Shown here: piece by piece, positions 15,968 to 24,000 of the stretch
Position numbering within the stretch: position 1 is the first letter of the stretch
How the letters are laid out: every line of letters starts with the position of its first letter
From: Candidatus Nanopelagicales bacterium
GTDB lineage: Bacteria; Actinomycetota; Actinomycetes; S36-B12
DNA: 24,000 nt
Direction of reading: 5' to 3'
Assembly: GCA_044240165.1 (NCBI GenBank)
Contig: JBIIAA010000009.1
Span: 222-24,221 of the forward strand
The notes under the pieces: model-generated
Seen by the model: only the letters and a program-made list of their open reading frames with translations
Told to the model about the DNA's origin: nothing
Database searches by the model: none
Translations under genes and position numbers: made by a program

Positions 15968-15999
15968 TCATCCACATCTGTGGATAAGCCTGTGGATAA
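15968..15999. promoter_or_regulatory. Cluster of three DnaA boxes (one 8/9 match, two perfect TTATCCACA)
   Basis: TCATCCACA at 15968..15976 (+ orientation, 1 mismatch). TGTGGATAA at 15979..15987 and at 15991..15999 (both perfect in - orientation). Boxes 1 and 2 form the palindrome ATCCACA-TC-TGTGGAT. The cluster lies in the 68-bp spacer between the convergent 3' ends of crgA and the rhomboid gene. Confidence 0.45.
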
Positions 16000-16014
16000 A
16001 CCCCTAGTGATGCC

Positions 16015-16878
16015 TTAGGTGGCAATGCCTGGCACAAACGGTGCCAGGAGCTCTTGCAACGCACTGGTGCGTGCCAGTGCTGTGACGACCAATATGAGCA
16101 GCAGACCCAGGCAGCCAAGGGTTTGGATGAGCACTTGATTGCGTCGAGGGGCGAACACAAAAATAGCGGCGACAAGGGCGCCGACAACTAATCCGCCGAT
16201 GTGCGCTCGCCAATCAATGCCAGGCTGCAAGAACCCAAAGACCAAGTTGATCCCCAACAGCACCAACACCTGAGTGACGTCGTAGCGAAGGCGCCGACCA
16301 GCAACCACAAAGGCGCCCATCAAGCCGAAGATCGCACCACTAGCACCCACCGAAACTGACCGGAAATCTGAGAACGCGTACGAGGCAACTGCGCCACCAA
16401 AAGCTGCGAGTAAATACAGCGCGATGAATCGTGAGTGCCCGAGCACTCGTTCAAGAGTTGGCCCCATGATCCACAAGACATACATGTTGAACGCAATGTG
16501 TAGGAAGGATCCGTGCATGAATGCGCTGGACATCAGTGTCCAGTAGTCGCCATTGGCCGCAATACCAATGGGCCACATGCCCCATTTCGATGCGGACTCA
16601 TTGATACCAACACTGAGTTGAAGTAAGAAGACAGCAACGTTGATGGCAATCAAGGCAAACGTGACGTACGGCTTGGAAATGACTGGCGCACCCATCGGCG
16701 TGTGAACGGCTGAAACCTTAGCGTTACCAACACAACTTGGGCATTGGAAGCCGACAGAAGCCGAGATCATGCAGTCTGTGCAAATCGGATTATTACACCG
16801 AGAACAGCGAATATAACTCACACGATCGGGATGAGAAGAGCACACAGGCTCAGCGTTTGAACCTGTGTGCTCTGTCAT
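16015..16878 (-). CDS. Rhomboid-family intramembrane serine protease with an N-terminal Cys-rich zinc-ribbon-like domain
   Basis: 287 aa. Rhomboid motifs FMHGSFLHIAFNM (HxxxN) and the catalytic GASGAIFGLMGA (GxSG) are present, with His in AHIGG and about 6 TM helices. The N-terminus reads CSSHPDRVSYIRCSRCNNPICTDCMISASVGFQCPSC. Confidence 0.9.
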   Translation of the reverse strand: MTEHTGSNAEPVCSSHPDRVSYIRCSRCNNPICTDCMISASVGFQCPSCVGNAKVSAVHTPMGAPVISKPYVTFALIAINVAVFLLQLSVGINESASKWGMWPIGIAANGDYWTLMSSAFMHGSFLHIAFNMYVLWIMGPTLERVLGHSRFIALYLLAAFGGAVASYAFSDFRSVSVGASGAIFGLMGAFVVAGRRLRYDVTQVLVLLGINLVFGFLQPGIDWRAHIGGLVVGALVAAIFVFAPRRNQVLIQTLGCLGLLLILVVTALARTSALQELLAPFVPGIAT

Positions 16879-16889
16879 CGCTTCTGTTA

Positions 16890-17408
16890 TTAGTCGCGAG
16901 TAATCGTGACGGAATTGATCGTGATTGGTTCTGCTGGGCGATCGCCAGGACCAACCTTGGTGGTGCCAATTGCGTCGACAACATCGCGGGATTCTTGGTC
17001 CGCAACTTCACCGAAGATGGTGTGCTTGAAGTTCAACCATGTGGTTGCTGCTGTGGTGACGAAGAACTGTGAGCCATTGGTGCTTGGGCCTGAGTTCGCC
17101 ATCGCTAGCAAGTAAGGACGATCGAAGCTGAGTTCTGGGTGAAACTCGTCAGCGAACTTGAAGCCTGGGCCACCGGTGCCGGTGCCTAGTGGGTCTCCGC
17201 CTTGAATCATGAAACCGTCAATAACGCGGTGGAACACGGTTCCTGCGTAGAGGGATTCCGAAGACTTCTCGCGGGTCTTTGGGTCAGTCCATTCGATTGT
17301 GCCCTCAGCAAGTCCGGCGAAATTCGCAACGGTCTTTGGAGCCTGATCTGGGAATAGGTTGATCTTGATGTCACCTTTTGAGGTGTGCAACGTGGCAGTC
17401 ATAGTCAT
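16890..17408 (-). CDS. ppiA: Cyclophilin-type peptidyl-prolyl cis-trans isomerase
   Basis: 172 aa. FHRVIDGFMIQGGDP, LAMANSGPSTNGSQFF and HTIFGEV are diagnostic cyclophilin motifs. It sits 11 nt upstream of the rhomboid gene on the same strand. Confidence 0.95.
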   Translation of the reverse strand: MTMTATLHTSKGDIKINLFPDQAPKTVANFAGLAEGTIEWTDPKTREKSSESLYAGTVFHRVIDGFMIQGGDPLGTGTGGPGFKFADEFHPELSFDRPYLLAMANSGPSTNGSQFFVTTAATTWLNFKHTIFGEVADQESRDVVDAIGTTKVGPGDRPAEPITINSVTITRD

Positions 17409-17463
17409 AGCCGCATCCTTTCATGAAGTCGCTGTGCCCTTACTACCGTGGGTCAGCCGACAT

Positions 17464-17490
17464 ACAAAAGACCCCGGCTTTCGCCGGGGC
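17464..17490 (-). terminator. Rho-independent terminator after tRNA-Ala
   Basis: Minus strand: CCCCGGC-GAAA-GCCGGGG followed by TCTTTTGT, beginning 8 nt after the tRNA 3' end. Confidence 0.6.
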
Positions 17491-17497
17491 CATCTTG

Positions 17498-17570
17498 TGG
17501 AGGTTAGGAGACTCGAACTCCTGACTTCTGCCTTGCAAAGGCAGCGCTCTACCAACTGAGCTAAACCCCC
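17498..17570 (-). tRNA. alaT: tRNA-Ala (anticodon TGC), CCA not encoded
   Basis: Minus strand: GGGGGTT TA GCTC AGTTGGTA GAGC G CTGCC TTTGCAA GGCAG AAGTC AGGAG TTCGAGT CCTCT-type T arm AACCTCC A. The G3:U70 alanine identity pair is present, and the anticodon loop is TT-TGC-AA. Confidence 0.93.
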
Positions 17571-17587
17571 CTGGTGACTACGAGAAC

Positions 17588-17713
17588 CTATCGTAGATCA
17601 GGTGCTTGTGTCGGCTCCGACCAGAGGTCGGAATCGTCTTGATTTGCTACGTATTGCTTATAGGCGTAGTAACCCGCACCTGCAAGCACAGCGAACATCA
17701 ATAGTTTCTTCAC
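17588..17713 (-). CDS. Small membrane protein with a DLW motif (DLW-39-like family), 41 aa
   Basis: Hand translation of the minus strand: VKKLLMFAVLAGAGYYAYKQYVANQDDSDLWSEPTQAPDLR*. It has an N-terminal KK followed by one hydrophobic helix, then an acidic tail with DLW. This matches my recollection of the actinobacterial DLW-39 small-protein family. It is below the 60-aa cutoff of the track. An alternative start is the ATG at 17698. Confidence 0.55.
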   Translation of the reverse strand: MKKLLMFAVLAGAGYYAYKQYVANQDDSDLWSEPTQAPDLR

Positions 17714-17714
17714 G

Positions 17715-17789
17715 TGGGCCTAGATGGACTTGAACCATCGACCTCTTCCTTATCAGGGAAGCGCTCTAACCAAGCTGAGCTATAGGCCC
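17715..17789 (-). tRNA. ileT: tRNA-Ile (anticodon GAT), CCA not encoded
   Basis: Minus strand: GGGCCTA TA GCTC AGCTTGGTTA GAGC G CTTCC CTGATAA GGAAG AGGTC GATGG TTCAAGT CCATC TAGGCCC A. All stems pair, and the anticodon loop is CT-GAT-AA. Confidence 0.93.
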
Positions 17790-17864
17790 GTTTCACGTCC
17801 ATCCACAGAATTACCTGCGTAGAGGCGCGAGGGGAAACACTACCGGACATTGGCTCTCCTGTTT

Positions 17865-17889
17865 CCCCCGGGCTTTCTTGGCCCGGGGG
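17865..17889. other. GC-rich perfect hairpin between gyrA and tRNA-Ile (possible U-tract-less terminator or processing signal)
   Basis: CCCCCGGGC (17865..17873), a 7-nt loop, GCCCGGGGG (17881..17889). Neither strand has a flanking U-tract. Confidence 0.3.
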
Positions 17890-17917
17890 GATCAAGACGT
17901 TCGACCTATCGCGCTCG

Positions 17918-17965
17918 CTATTCGGCGAACTATTCGGCGAACTATTCGCCAAGCTATTCGACAGG
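17918..17965. repeat. Four tandem copies of a 12-bp unit, CTATTCG(G/C/A)C(G/A)A(A/G), spanning the gyrA stop codon
   Basis: CTATTCGGCGAA (17918..17929), CTATTCGGCGAA (17930..17941), CTATTCGCCAAG (17942..17953), CTATTCGACAGG (17954..17965). On the gyrA strand each unit ends in GAATAG, in frame with the gyrA stop. Confidence 0.85.
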
Positions 17966-20530
17966 CGTGTCCGGGGTTTGGGCCTCGACTTCGGTGGCTA
18001 CAACAGTGCCAGCCTCAAGATCGACGCTTTCGGCGATCTCAGTCTCATCGAGGTCGTCCTCGTCTTCAGATTCGCCACCTCGAGCAACCGCCACAATCGC
18101 ATCGCCGTCGGCCAGGTTCATCAGACGCACACCCATGGTGTCTCGACCCGAAGGACGAATCTGATCAACCTTGGTGCGAATCACGATGCCGTTTGAAGCG
18201 ATCGCGAAGATCTGATCACCCTCATCACAGACCATTGCGCCCACCATCGAGCCACGTTCTTCCACGAGCTTCATGGCGCGCACGCCCAAGATGCCACGGC
18301 CCTTGGCTGCCCACTCATCGACATTGGTGCGCTTGGCAAAGCCACCGTCAGTGATGGTGACCACGAAGGCACCCTCGCGAATGACATCCATTGCCAGCAG
18401 TGCATCGTCGCCACGGAAACGCATGCCGATAACGCCACCAGTTGCCCGGCCCATTGGACGCAAGGTTTCATCCTTGGCATCAAAACGAGCCGACATGCCC
18501 TTGCGGGAAAACATGATCAGGTGATCGTTTTCTGACACCAAGCGTGCCGAGATCACTTCATCTTCTGGTGCCAAGTTGATCGCGATGATGCCACCGGTGC
18601 GATTGGTGTCGTACTCGCTGAGTTTGGTCTTCTTAACCATGCCTCTGCGAGTCGCCAACACCAAGTGCTCGCCTGCTTCATAGTTTTCGATGGCCAAAAC
18701 CTGAGCAATGGTTTCGTCAGGTTGGAAGGCCAGCAGGTTTGCTACGTGTTGTCCGCGAGCATCGCGACCAGTTTCAGGCAGTTGATAACCCTTGGCACGG
18801 TAGACGCGACCCTTATTCGTGAAGAACAGCAACCAGTGGTGGGTTGTGGTGACGAACATGTGCTCGACAACATCATCGGTGCGAAGTGCTGCACCCTTGA
18901 CACCCTTGCCGCCACGACGCTGCGCACGGTAGAGCTCGCTCTTAGTGCGCTTTGCATAACCACCAGAGGTGATGGTGATGACCACATCGTCAACGGCAAT
19001 GAGATCTTCGTCTGCCACGTCGCCATCAAAGGCCGTGAACTGCGAGCGGCGATCGTCACCAAATTTCTCGGTGACTTCATGAAGCTCTTCGGAAATGATT
19101 GCGCGCTGGCGTTCTGGTGAGTTCAAAATGTCGGTGTAATCCGCAATCTTGGTCATCAGGTCGTCGTACTCGTCTTGAATCTTTTGGTGTTCAAGTGCAG
19201 CAAGACGACGCAACTGCATATCAAGAATTGCAGTCGCCTGCAGTTCATCAATATCCAGCAGTTCCATCAAGCCGGTGCGAGCAGTTTCAACTGTTGACGA
19301 GGCACGAATCAGTGCGATGACTTCATCGAGTGCATCAAGTGCCTTGAGGTAACCACGCAAAATATGTGCGCGCTCTTCAGCTTTACGCAGGCGATAGCGG
19401 GTACGGCGCTGAATTACTTCAACCTGATGGTTAACCCAGTGACGAATGAACTGCTCAAGAGTCAACGTACGCGGCATACCGTCTACAAGTGCCAGCATGT
19501 TTGCGCCGAAGTTGTCTTGCAGTTGAGTGTGCTTATAGAGCTGGTTCAACACCACCTGAGCAACAGCGTCGCGCTTGAGTTCAATCACCAACCGCATACC
19601 GGTACGTGAAGAGGAGTCGTCGCGAATATCCGAGATACCCGTGAGTTTGCCTTCACCAACCTGCTCAGCAATACGCAGCAGCAAATTGTCGGGGTTCACT
19701 TGGTATGGGAGTTCGGTAACGATCAATACCTGGCGACCACGAGCGTCTTCTTCAACGGTGACTACCGCGCGCATCGTGATGGAGCCACGACCAGTGCGAT
19801 AGGCATCATCAATACCGCGACGACCAACGATGAGAGCACCCGTAGGGAAATCTGGGCCCTTCACAATTTCAATCAACGCAGCTTGGCGCTCTTCAACGGA
19901 AGCCTCTGGATTAGCAAGAACCCATTGAGCCGCCGCCCCGATTTCACGCAAGTTATGCGGCGGAATGTTTGTTGCCATACCCACAGCGATGCCCGAGCTA
20001 CCGTTAACCAGCAGGTTTGGGAACCGAGCAGGAAGCACGAGTGGTTCTTGGGTGCGACCGTCGTAGTTTGGTCCAAAGTCGACCGTATCTTCGTCGATGT
20101 CGCGCACCATCTCCATAGCCAATGGGGCCATGCGACATTCGGTATAACGCTGGGCAGCCGGAGGATCGTTACCTGGTGAGCCGAAGTTTCCTTGGCCTTG
20201 CACCAGTGGGTAACGCAGTGACCATGGTTGGGCCAACCGCACAAGAGCGTCATAGATCGACGCATCACCATGTGGGTGATAGCTACCCATCACGTCACCA
20301 ACAACACGAGCGCTCTTGGAGAAGTTGCGATCAGGTCGGTAACCGCCGTCGTACATCGCAAACAGCACGCGTCGGTGCACAGGCTTTAAACCATCGCGCA
20401 CATCAGGGAGAGCTCGTGACACGATGACGGACATTGAGTAGTCCAAGTAGGACCGCTGCATTTCCGTTTGTAAATCAACGGGTTCGATTCGGCCGTGATG
20501 GTTAATCAGGCTTGTTTCTTCAGACACCAT
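17954..20530 (-). CDS. gyrA: DNA gyrase subunit A
   Basis: 858 aa. The motifs [16 protein letters not shown] and the [22 protein letters not shown] are present, with the active-site Tyr region [10 protein letters not shown]-terminal beta-pinwheel repeats and an acidic tail. Confidence 0.97.
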   Translation of the reverse strand: MVSEETSLINHHGRIEPVDLQTEMQRSYLDYSMSVIVSRALPDVRDGLKPVHRRVLFAMYDGGYRPDRNFSKSARVVGDVMGSYHPHGDASIYDALVRLAQPWSLRYPLVQGQGNFGSPGNDPPAAQRYTECRMAPLAMEMVRDIDEDTVDFGPNYDGRTQEPLVLPARFPNLLVNGSSGIAVGMATNIPPHNLREIGAAAQWVLANPEASVEERQAALIEIVKGPDFPTGALIVGRRGIDDAYRTGRGSITMRAVVTVEEDARGRQVLIVTELPYQVNPDNLLLRIAEQVGEGKLTGISDIRDDSSSRTGMRLVIELKRDAVAQVVLNQLYKHTQLQDNFGANMLALVDGMPRTLTLEQFIRHWVNHQVEVIQRRTRYRLRKAEERAHILRGYLKALDALDEVIALIRASSTVETARTGLMELLDIDELQATAILDMQLRRLAALEHQKIQDEYDDLMTKIADYTDILNSPERQRAIISEELHEVTEKFGDDRRSQFTAFDGDVADEDLIAVDDVVITITSGGYAKRTKSELYRAQRRGGKGVKGAALRTDDVVEHMFVTTTHHWLLFFTNKGRVYRAKGYQLPETGRDARGQHVANLLAFQPDETIAQVLAIENYEAGEHLVLATRRGMVKKTKLSEYDTNRTGGIIAINLAPEDEVISARLVSENDHLIMFSRKGMSARFDAKDETLRPMGRATGGVIGMRFRGDDALLAMDVIREGAFVVTITDGGFAKRTNVDEWAAKGRGILGVRAMKLVEERGSMVGAMVCDEGDQIFAIASNGIVIRTKVDQIRPSGRDTMGVRLMNLADGDAIVAVARGGESEDEDDLDETEIAESVDLEAGTVVATEVEAQTPDTPVE

Positions 20531-20542
20531 GAACTCCTGAAA

Positions 20543-22549
20543 CTAGATGTCGAGGAAACGCACGTCGCGTGCGTTCTGCTGGATGAAATTACGGCGAGCT
20601 TCTACGTCTTCGCCCATGAGCACACTGAACATCTCATCGGCTTGCGCGGCATCATCAAGAGTGACTTGTAACAACACGCGATGTTCTGGATCCATGGTGG
20701 TATCCCAGAGTTCGTCGGCGTTCATTTCACCAAGACCTTTGTAACGCTGAATTGCTTCGTCTTTAGGTAGGCGCTTGCCGGCGGCAAGACCTGCTTCAAC
20801 AACAGCATCGCGTTCACGATCCGAGTAAGCCCAGTCTGAGTCGTCGCGTGACCACTTAATTTTGTAGAGCGGTGGTTGCGCGATGTAGACGTAACCTTGT
20901 TCAACGAGTGGCCGCATGAAGCGGAACAACAACGTCAACAACAAGGTGCGGATGTGTTGACCATCAACGTCAGCATCGGCCATCAACACCACCTTGTGGT
21001 AGCGAAGACGGTTGATGTCGAACTCTTCTTGAATGCCTGTTCCGAATGCTGAAACGAGTGCCTGCACTTCAGTGTTTTGCAACACCTTGTCGATGCGTGC
21101 TTTTTCAACGTTCAAGATTTTTCCACGAATAGGAAGAATTGCTTGGCGCTTTGGATCGCGACCCTGACGCGCAGAACCACCTGCGGAGTCGCCTTCCACG
21201 ATGAAGACTTCACACTCTTCGGGTTCACGGCTTGAGCAGTCGATGAGCTTGCCCGGCATACCCGCGCCGCCAAGGAGCCCCTTGCGGTTTCGGGCAAGAT
21301 CGCGCGCCTTGCGAGCAGCGATGCGCGCAGCTGATGCGTTCACACTCTTGCGAGCAATGTCTTTTCCTTCAGCCGGATTCTTTTCTAGCCATTCACCCAA
21401 CTGATCGTTCACTGCCTTTTGGACGAAGGCTTTCATCTCGGTGTTACCGAGCTTAGTTTTTGTCTGACCTTCGAACTGCGGCTCAGTCAACTTCACACTG
21501 ATGATTGCGGTGAGACCTTCACGAATATCTTCGCCACTGAGATTCGCATCTCTTTCTTTCAAGATGTTCCACTCGCGAGCAAACTTATTCACCAACGATG
21601 TCAATGCGGTACGGAAGCCTTCTTCGTGCGTGCCACCTTCATGCGTGTTGATGGTGTTTGCAAAGGTGTACACAGATTCGGCGTATGAGTTGTTCCACTG
21701 CATTGCAATTTCAGCACTCATTTGCTTGTCTTCTGCTTCAGTTTCGAAGTAGATGATGTGTTGGTGAGAAGCACCCTTGCTAGCGTTGATGTGCTCAACA
21801 AAGTCAGCGATGCCACCTTGGTAGCAGTAACTCACGCTACGGATGCGATCTGCTTCGTCTACAACATCGACGACTTCAAGTGCCGCGCTACCTTCTGCGT
21901 CAGTGTCTGTCGTCTCTTTCTTTTCAACGACGAGGCGCTCATCGGTGAGTTCAATGGTCAAACCTCTGTTGAGGAAGGCCATTTCCTGGAAACGTCGAGC
22001 CAAGGTGGTGAAGTCAAAGACGGTGGTTTCAAAAATTTCATCATCAGCCCAGAAGGTGACAGTGGTGCCGGTGTGATCAGCGGCTTCATCTTTGGAAAGT
22101 TCAGCTTGCGGGACACCGTGCATGTAGGTCTGGCGGTACACCGATTCATTGCGGCGTACCTCAACGTCAAGTTGCTTGGAAAGTGCGTTAACTACCGAGA
22201 CACCCACGCCATGGAGGCCGCCGGAGACCGAATAGCCGCCGCCGCCGAATTTACCGCCAGCGTGCAACACCGTGAGCACAACTTCTACTGCGGGTTTGCC
22301 TTCGCTCTCCACGATGTCGACCGGGATACCGCGGCCATCATCGACCACCCGGACTCCGCCATTGGCGAGCAAGGTGACCGCGATGGTGGTGGCGTAGCCG
22401 GCCATGGCTTCATCCACCGAGTTATCGACGACTTCGTAAACCAAGTGGTGCAAGCCACGCTCACCGGTGGAACCGATATACATTCCCGGGCGCTTGCGGA
22501 CCGCGTCTAGGCCTTCGAGTACTTGAATGGCACTGGCGTCATATGACAC
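20543..22549 (-). CDS. gyrB: DNA gyrase subunit B
   Basis: 668 aa with a GTG start after GAGGAGG. GHKL ATPase motifs ([34 protein letters not shown]), Toprim ([36 protein letters not shown]) and the C-terminal YKGLGEMN are present. Confidence 0.97.
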   Translation of the reverse strand: MSYDASAIQVLEGLDAVRKRPGMYIGSTGERGLHHLVYEVVDNSVDEAMAGYATTIAVTLLANGGVRVVDDGRGIPVDIVESEGKPAVEVVLTVLHAGGKFGGGGYSVSGGLHGVGVSVVNALSKQLDVEVRRNESVYRQTYMHGVPQAELSKDEAADHTGTTVTFWADDEIFETTVFDFTTLARRFQEMAFLNRGLTIELTDERLVVEKKETTDTDAEGSAALEVVDVVDEADRIRSVSYCYQGGIADFVEHINASKGASHQHIIYFETEAEDKQMSAEIAMQWNNSYAESVYTFANTINTHEGGTHEEGFRTALTSLVNKFAREWNILKERDANLSGEDIREGLTAIISVKLTEPQFEGQTKTKLGNTEMKAFVQKAVNDQLGEWLEKNPAEGKDIARKSVNASAARIAARKARDLARNRKGLLGGAGMPGKLIDCSSREPEECEVFIVEGDSAGGSARQGRDPKRQAILPIRGKILNVEKARIDKVLQNTEVQALVSAFGTGIQEEFDINRLRYHKVVLMADADVDGQHIRTLLLTLLFRFMRPLVEQGYVYIAQPPLYKIKWSRDDSDWAYSDRERDAVVEAGLAAGKRLPKDEAIQRYKGLGEMNADELWDTTMDPEHRVLLQVTLDDAAQADEMFSVLMGEDVEARRNFIQQNARDVRFLDI

Positions 22550-22728
22550 GTGAAACCGGCCTCCTCAGGCAAGAACTACTTAGAGGCTCAGTCTATCTCT
22601 TTTTTGCTGGTTCCATCGGATCTTGCGGCCCGTGGCGGCCCCTAGAACGGATTTGACCCCCCAGTTTGAGCCCCGTGTATGACTAGATCCTCATATTCGC
22701 CTCACGGTGGCTGCTTGGCCGTCAGAGG

Positions 22729-23196
22729 TCACCCGTAGGTGTCGCGTGGACCCCTACCTTTGACGTGCCGGGGTCCTGACTTCCACGACGGGCCCTGTGG
22801 GCCTTGAATGCGGATGTCACTCACCACTCCGGTACCCACGGCCGCATCGATGTTTTTACGCAACTGGGGCAGCATGAGGCGTACTTGGGTTGCCCAGGTG
22901 GTGGATTCAGCTCGCAACATCAAAATTCCGGCCTCGAAGGTCTCTGGAACCACGTGGCTGGCCAGATCTTCGCCCACGATTTGAGTCCATTGGGTCAAGA
23001 CCTGAGCGCCGGCGCTTTCCTGCTTCCACCCACGGTGGGCGATCAGCTCGTCCATCGCATTGCCCAAGGTTTGTGGATCCCGGCTATCAGAGCTGGACAT
23101 CGGGCGTTTGCTCGTTTGGCTCTTCTTTCGAGTTTTTCCCCCACCAACGGCGCGGTTCAGTGCCTTAGCGGCAGCATCCCCTCGATCAGTGGTCAT
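22729..23196 (-). CDS. dciA: DUF721 / DciA-family protein (putative replicative-helicase operator)
   Basis: 155 aa in the conserved position between recF and gyrB (as for Rv0004). The core WTQIVGEDLASHVVPETFEAGILMLRAESTTWATQVRLMLPQL matches the DUF721 pattern. It has a basic, low-complexity N-terminus. The start overlaps the recF stop by 11 nt. Confidence 0.85.
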   Translation of the reverse strand: MTTDRGDAAAKALNRAVGGGKTRKKSQTSKRPMSSSDSRDPQTLGNAMDELIAHRGWKQESAGAQVLTQWTQIVGEDLASHVVPETFEAGILMLRAESTTWATQVRLMLPQLRKNIDAAVGTGVVSDIRIQGPQGPSWKSGPRHVKGRGPRDTYG

Positions 23197-24000
23197 GGCT
23201 TACTTTCCCAGCATCCACCCGAAAACGCGACCCTAATAACTCAGTTGGGATATCGGCGTCCACTGCCGCTGTGATCAGCACCTGGGTGGCTTCGGTGAGA
23301 CGCGCTGCGAGTCGCTCACGTCGTTTGGTGTCCAGTTCGGCAAACACGTCGTCAAGGATGAGGACCGGGTCTTCGCCATCTGAGCGCAAGACATCAAAGC
23401 TTGCGAGTTTTAGCGCTAGAGCGATCGACCAGGACTCCCCATGTGAGGCATAGCCCTTCGCCGGCACTGGTCCAAGGCTTATCTGGAGGTCATCCCGTTG
23501 TGGTCCAACCAGGGTGAGCCCGCGATCCACTTCATCTTTGCGACGTAATTTCATTGCAGCAAGGAGCGCCACTTTCCAATCTTCTTTGTCTGGTGACCCA
23601 ATAGGCACATCGTCGCCGAGGACTTGACTCATATTGGAGACGTAAGTCAACGCAAGTTCCGAAGTGGGATCTTCACTGATGAATGTGTAGTTGGCGATCG
23701 CAGGCGGAGCTAGCTCAGTTAACAACACTTGACGAGCTGCCAAAAGTTCTGCGCCAACTGTTGCGAGCTGGTCGTTCCACACACTCAAGGTGCTATCTAA
23801 ATAGTCATCACTTGCTCTGCGATTGGTGCGAGCAGATTTTAGAAGCGCGTTTCTTTGTTTAAGAATTCGATCCAGATCCTGTCTGGTACCCGCGAGCCGC
23901 GGGATTCTTTGGACGAGTAGATCATCAAGAAACTTTCGGCGATCCGATGGATCACCTTTCACTAGCGAAAGATCTTCGGGGGCAAAAATTACAACTCTTA
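23186..24000 (-). CDS. recF: DNA replication and repair protein RecF (C-terminal ~271 codons; 5' end beyond the right edge)
   Basis: The reading frame stays open to position 24000 (..RVVIFAPEDLSLVKGDPSDRRKFLDDLL..). The ABC-type signature/Walker B region ASHGESWSIALALKLA ... PVLILDDVFAELD is typical of RecF. The M at 23962 in the track is an internal GTG. Confidence 0.93.
   Translation of the reverse strand, partial: RVVIFAPEDLSLVKGDPSDRRKFLDDLLVQRIPRLAGTRQDLDRILKQRNALLKSARTNRRASDDYLDSTLSVWNDQLATVGAELLAARQVLLTELAPPAIANYTFISEDPTSELALTYVSNMSQVLGDDVPIGSPDKEDWKVALLAAMKLRRKDEVDRGLTLVGPQRDDLQISLGPVPAKGYASHGESWSIALALKLASFDVLRSDGEDPVLILDDVFAELDTKRRERLAARLTEATQVLITAAVDADIPTELLGSRFRVDAGKVSHDH

Noticed and set aside
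15976-15984. The palindrome ATCCACA-TC-TGTGGAT as a bidirectional terminator for crgA and the rhomboid gene
   Set aside because: A 7-bp AT-containing stem with a 2-nt loop and no U-tract is not a credible intrinsic terminator. Reading it as DnaA boxes fits better.
17710-18354. ORFs 17710..17952(-), 17850..18164(+) and 17878..18354(+) with repetitive peptides (NSSPNSSPN, YSANYSANYS, IRRTIRRTIR)
   Set aside because: The repetitive peptides are simply the 12-bp DNA repeat read in other frames. These ORFs overlap tRNA-Ile or lie antisense to gyrA.
21722-22510. 262-aa ORF on the + strand
   Set aside because: It lies entirely antisense to gyrB, whose motifs are unambiguous. It has no SD and a low-complexity translation. 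This is a typical shadow ORF in a GC-biased coding region.
22547-22557. parS-like half sites: CACGTGAAAC at the gyrB start, and GTTTCACGT at 17790..17798 next to tRNA-Ile
   Set aside because: They match only 12/16 and 11/16 positions of the TGTTTCACGTGAAACA palindrome, with one arm missing in each. ParB sites normally keep both arms, so these are probably chance matches.
22550-22728. A possible sRNA, riboswitch or small ORF in the 179-bp dciA-gyrB spacer (direct GCGGCCC repeats, A6/T6 tract)
   Set aside because: It contains only 7-19-codon ORFs without an SD, no stable terminator-like structure and no recognisable riboswitch core. It is most likely just the gyrB promoter and leader.
1-24000. 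A search for CRISPR arrays, IS elements/transposases, integrases, toxin-antitoxin pairs or defence-island genes
   Set aside because: None are visible. There are no regularly spaced repeats beyond the 4 x 12 bp unit at gyrA, no terminal inverted repeats and no recombinase-like ORFs in any frame of the track.

Overview
This 24 kb window is the origin-proximal chromosomal region of a moderate-GC actinobacterium; the taxon is inferred from gene content and order only. From about 7.1 kb to the right edge it matches the conserved actinobacterial block read in reverse. The order is tRNA-Leu, fhaA-fhaB-pstP-rodA-pbpA-pknB (+ strand, tightly coupled, a single kinase with no pknA), trpG/pabA (-), crgA (+), rhomboid protease and ppiA (-), tRNA-Ala, a small DLW-motif ORF, tRNA-Ile, gyrA, gyrB, DUF721/dciA and a partial recF (all -). 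oriC (the dnaA-dnaN spacer) should lie a few kb beyond the right edge. The left 7.1 kb holds unrelated single genes: a partial geranylgeranyl-reductase-family flavoprotein, a 39-aa six-Cys protein, a Prx5-type peroxiredoxin, a secreted His-Me/DUF1524 nuclease and an Sfp-type PPTase. It also holds an SDR, a secreted Cys-containing protein of unknown function, an S51/cyanophycinase-like protein whose C-terminus looks like the CysRS anticodon-binding region, and a Tat-exported Cys-type sulfatase. I saw no CRISPR array, rRNA, transposase, integrase or clear defence island, and I cannot support a multi-gene novel system here. The points most worth follow-up are: (1) three DnaA boxes within 32 bp of the crgA/rhomboid convergent spacer, plus one more perfect box upstream of fhaA; (2) the S51-peptidase::CysRS-C-terminal fusion; (3) a CsoR/RcnR-type inverted repeat over the promoter of the 39-aa Cys-rich gene; (4) a 41-aa DLW-motif ORF that fills the tRNA-Ile/tRNA-Ala spacer and starts 2 nt after the tRNA; (5) a 4 x 12 bp tandem repeat that duplicates the gyrA stop codon. 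All functional calls rest on motifs I recognised by eye, since no database search was possible.
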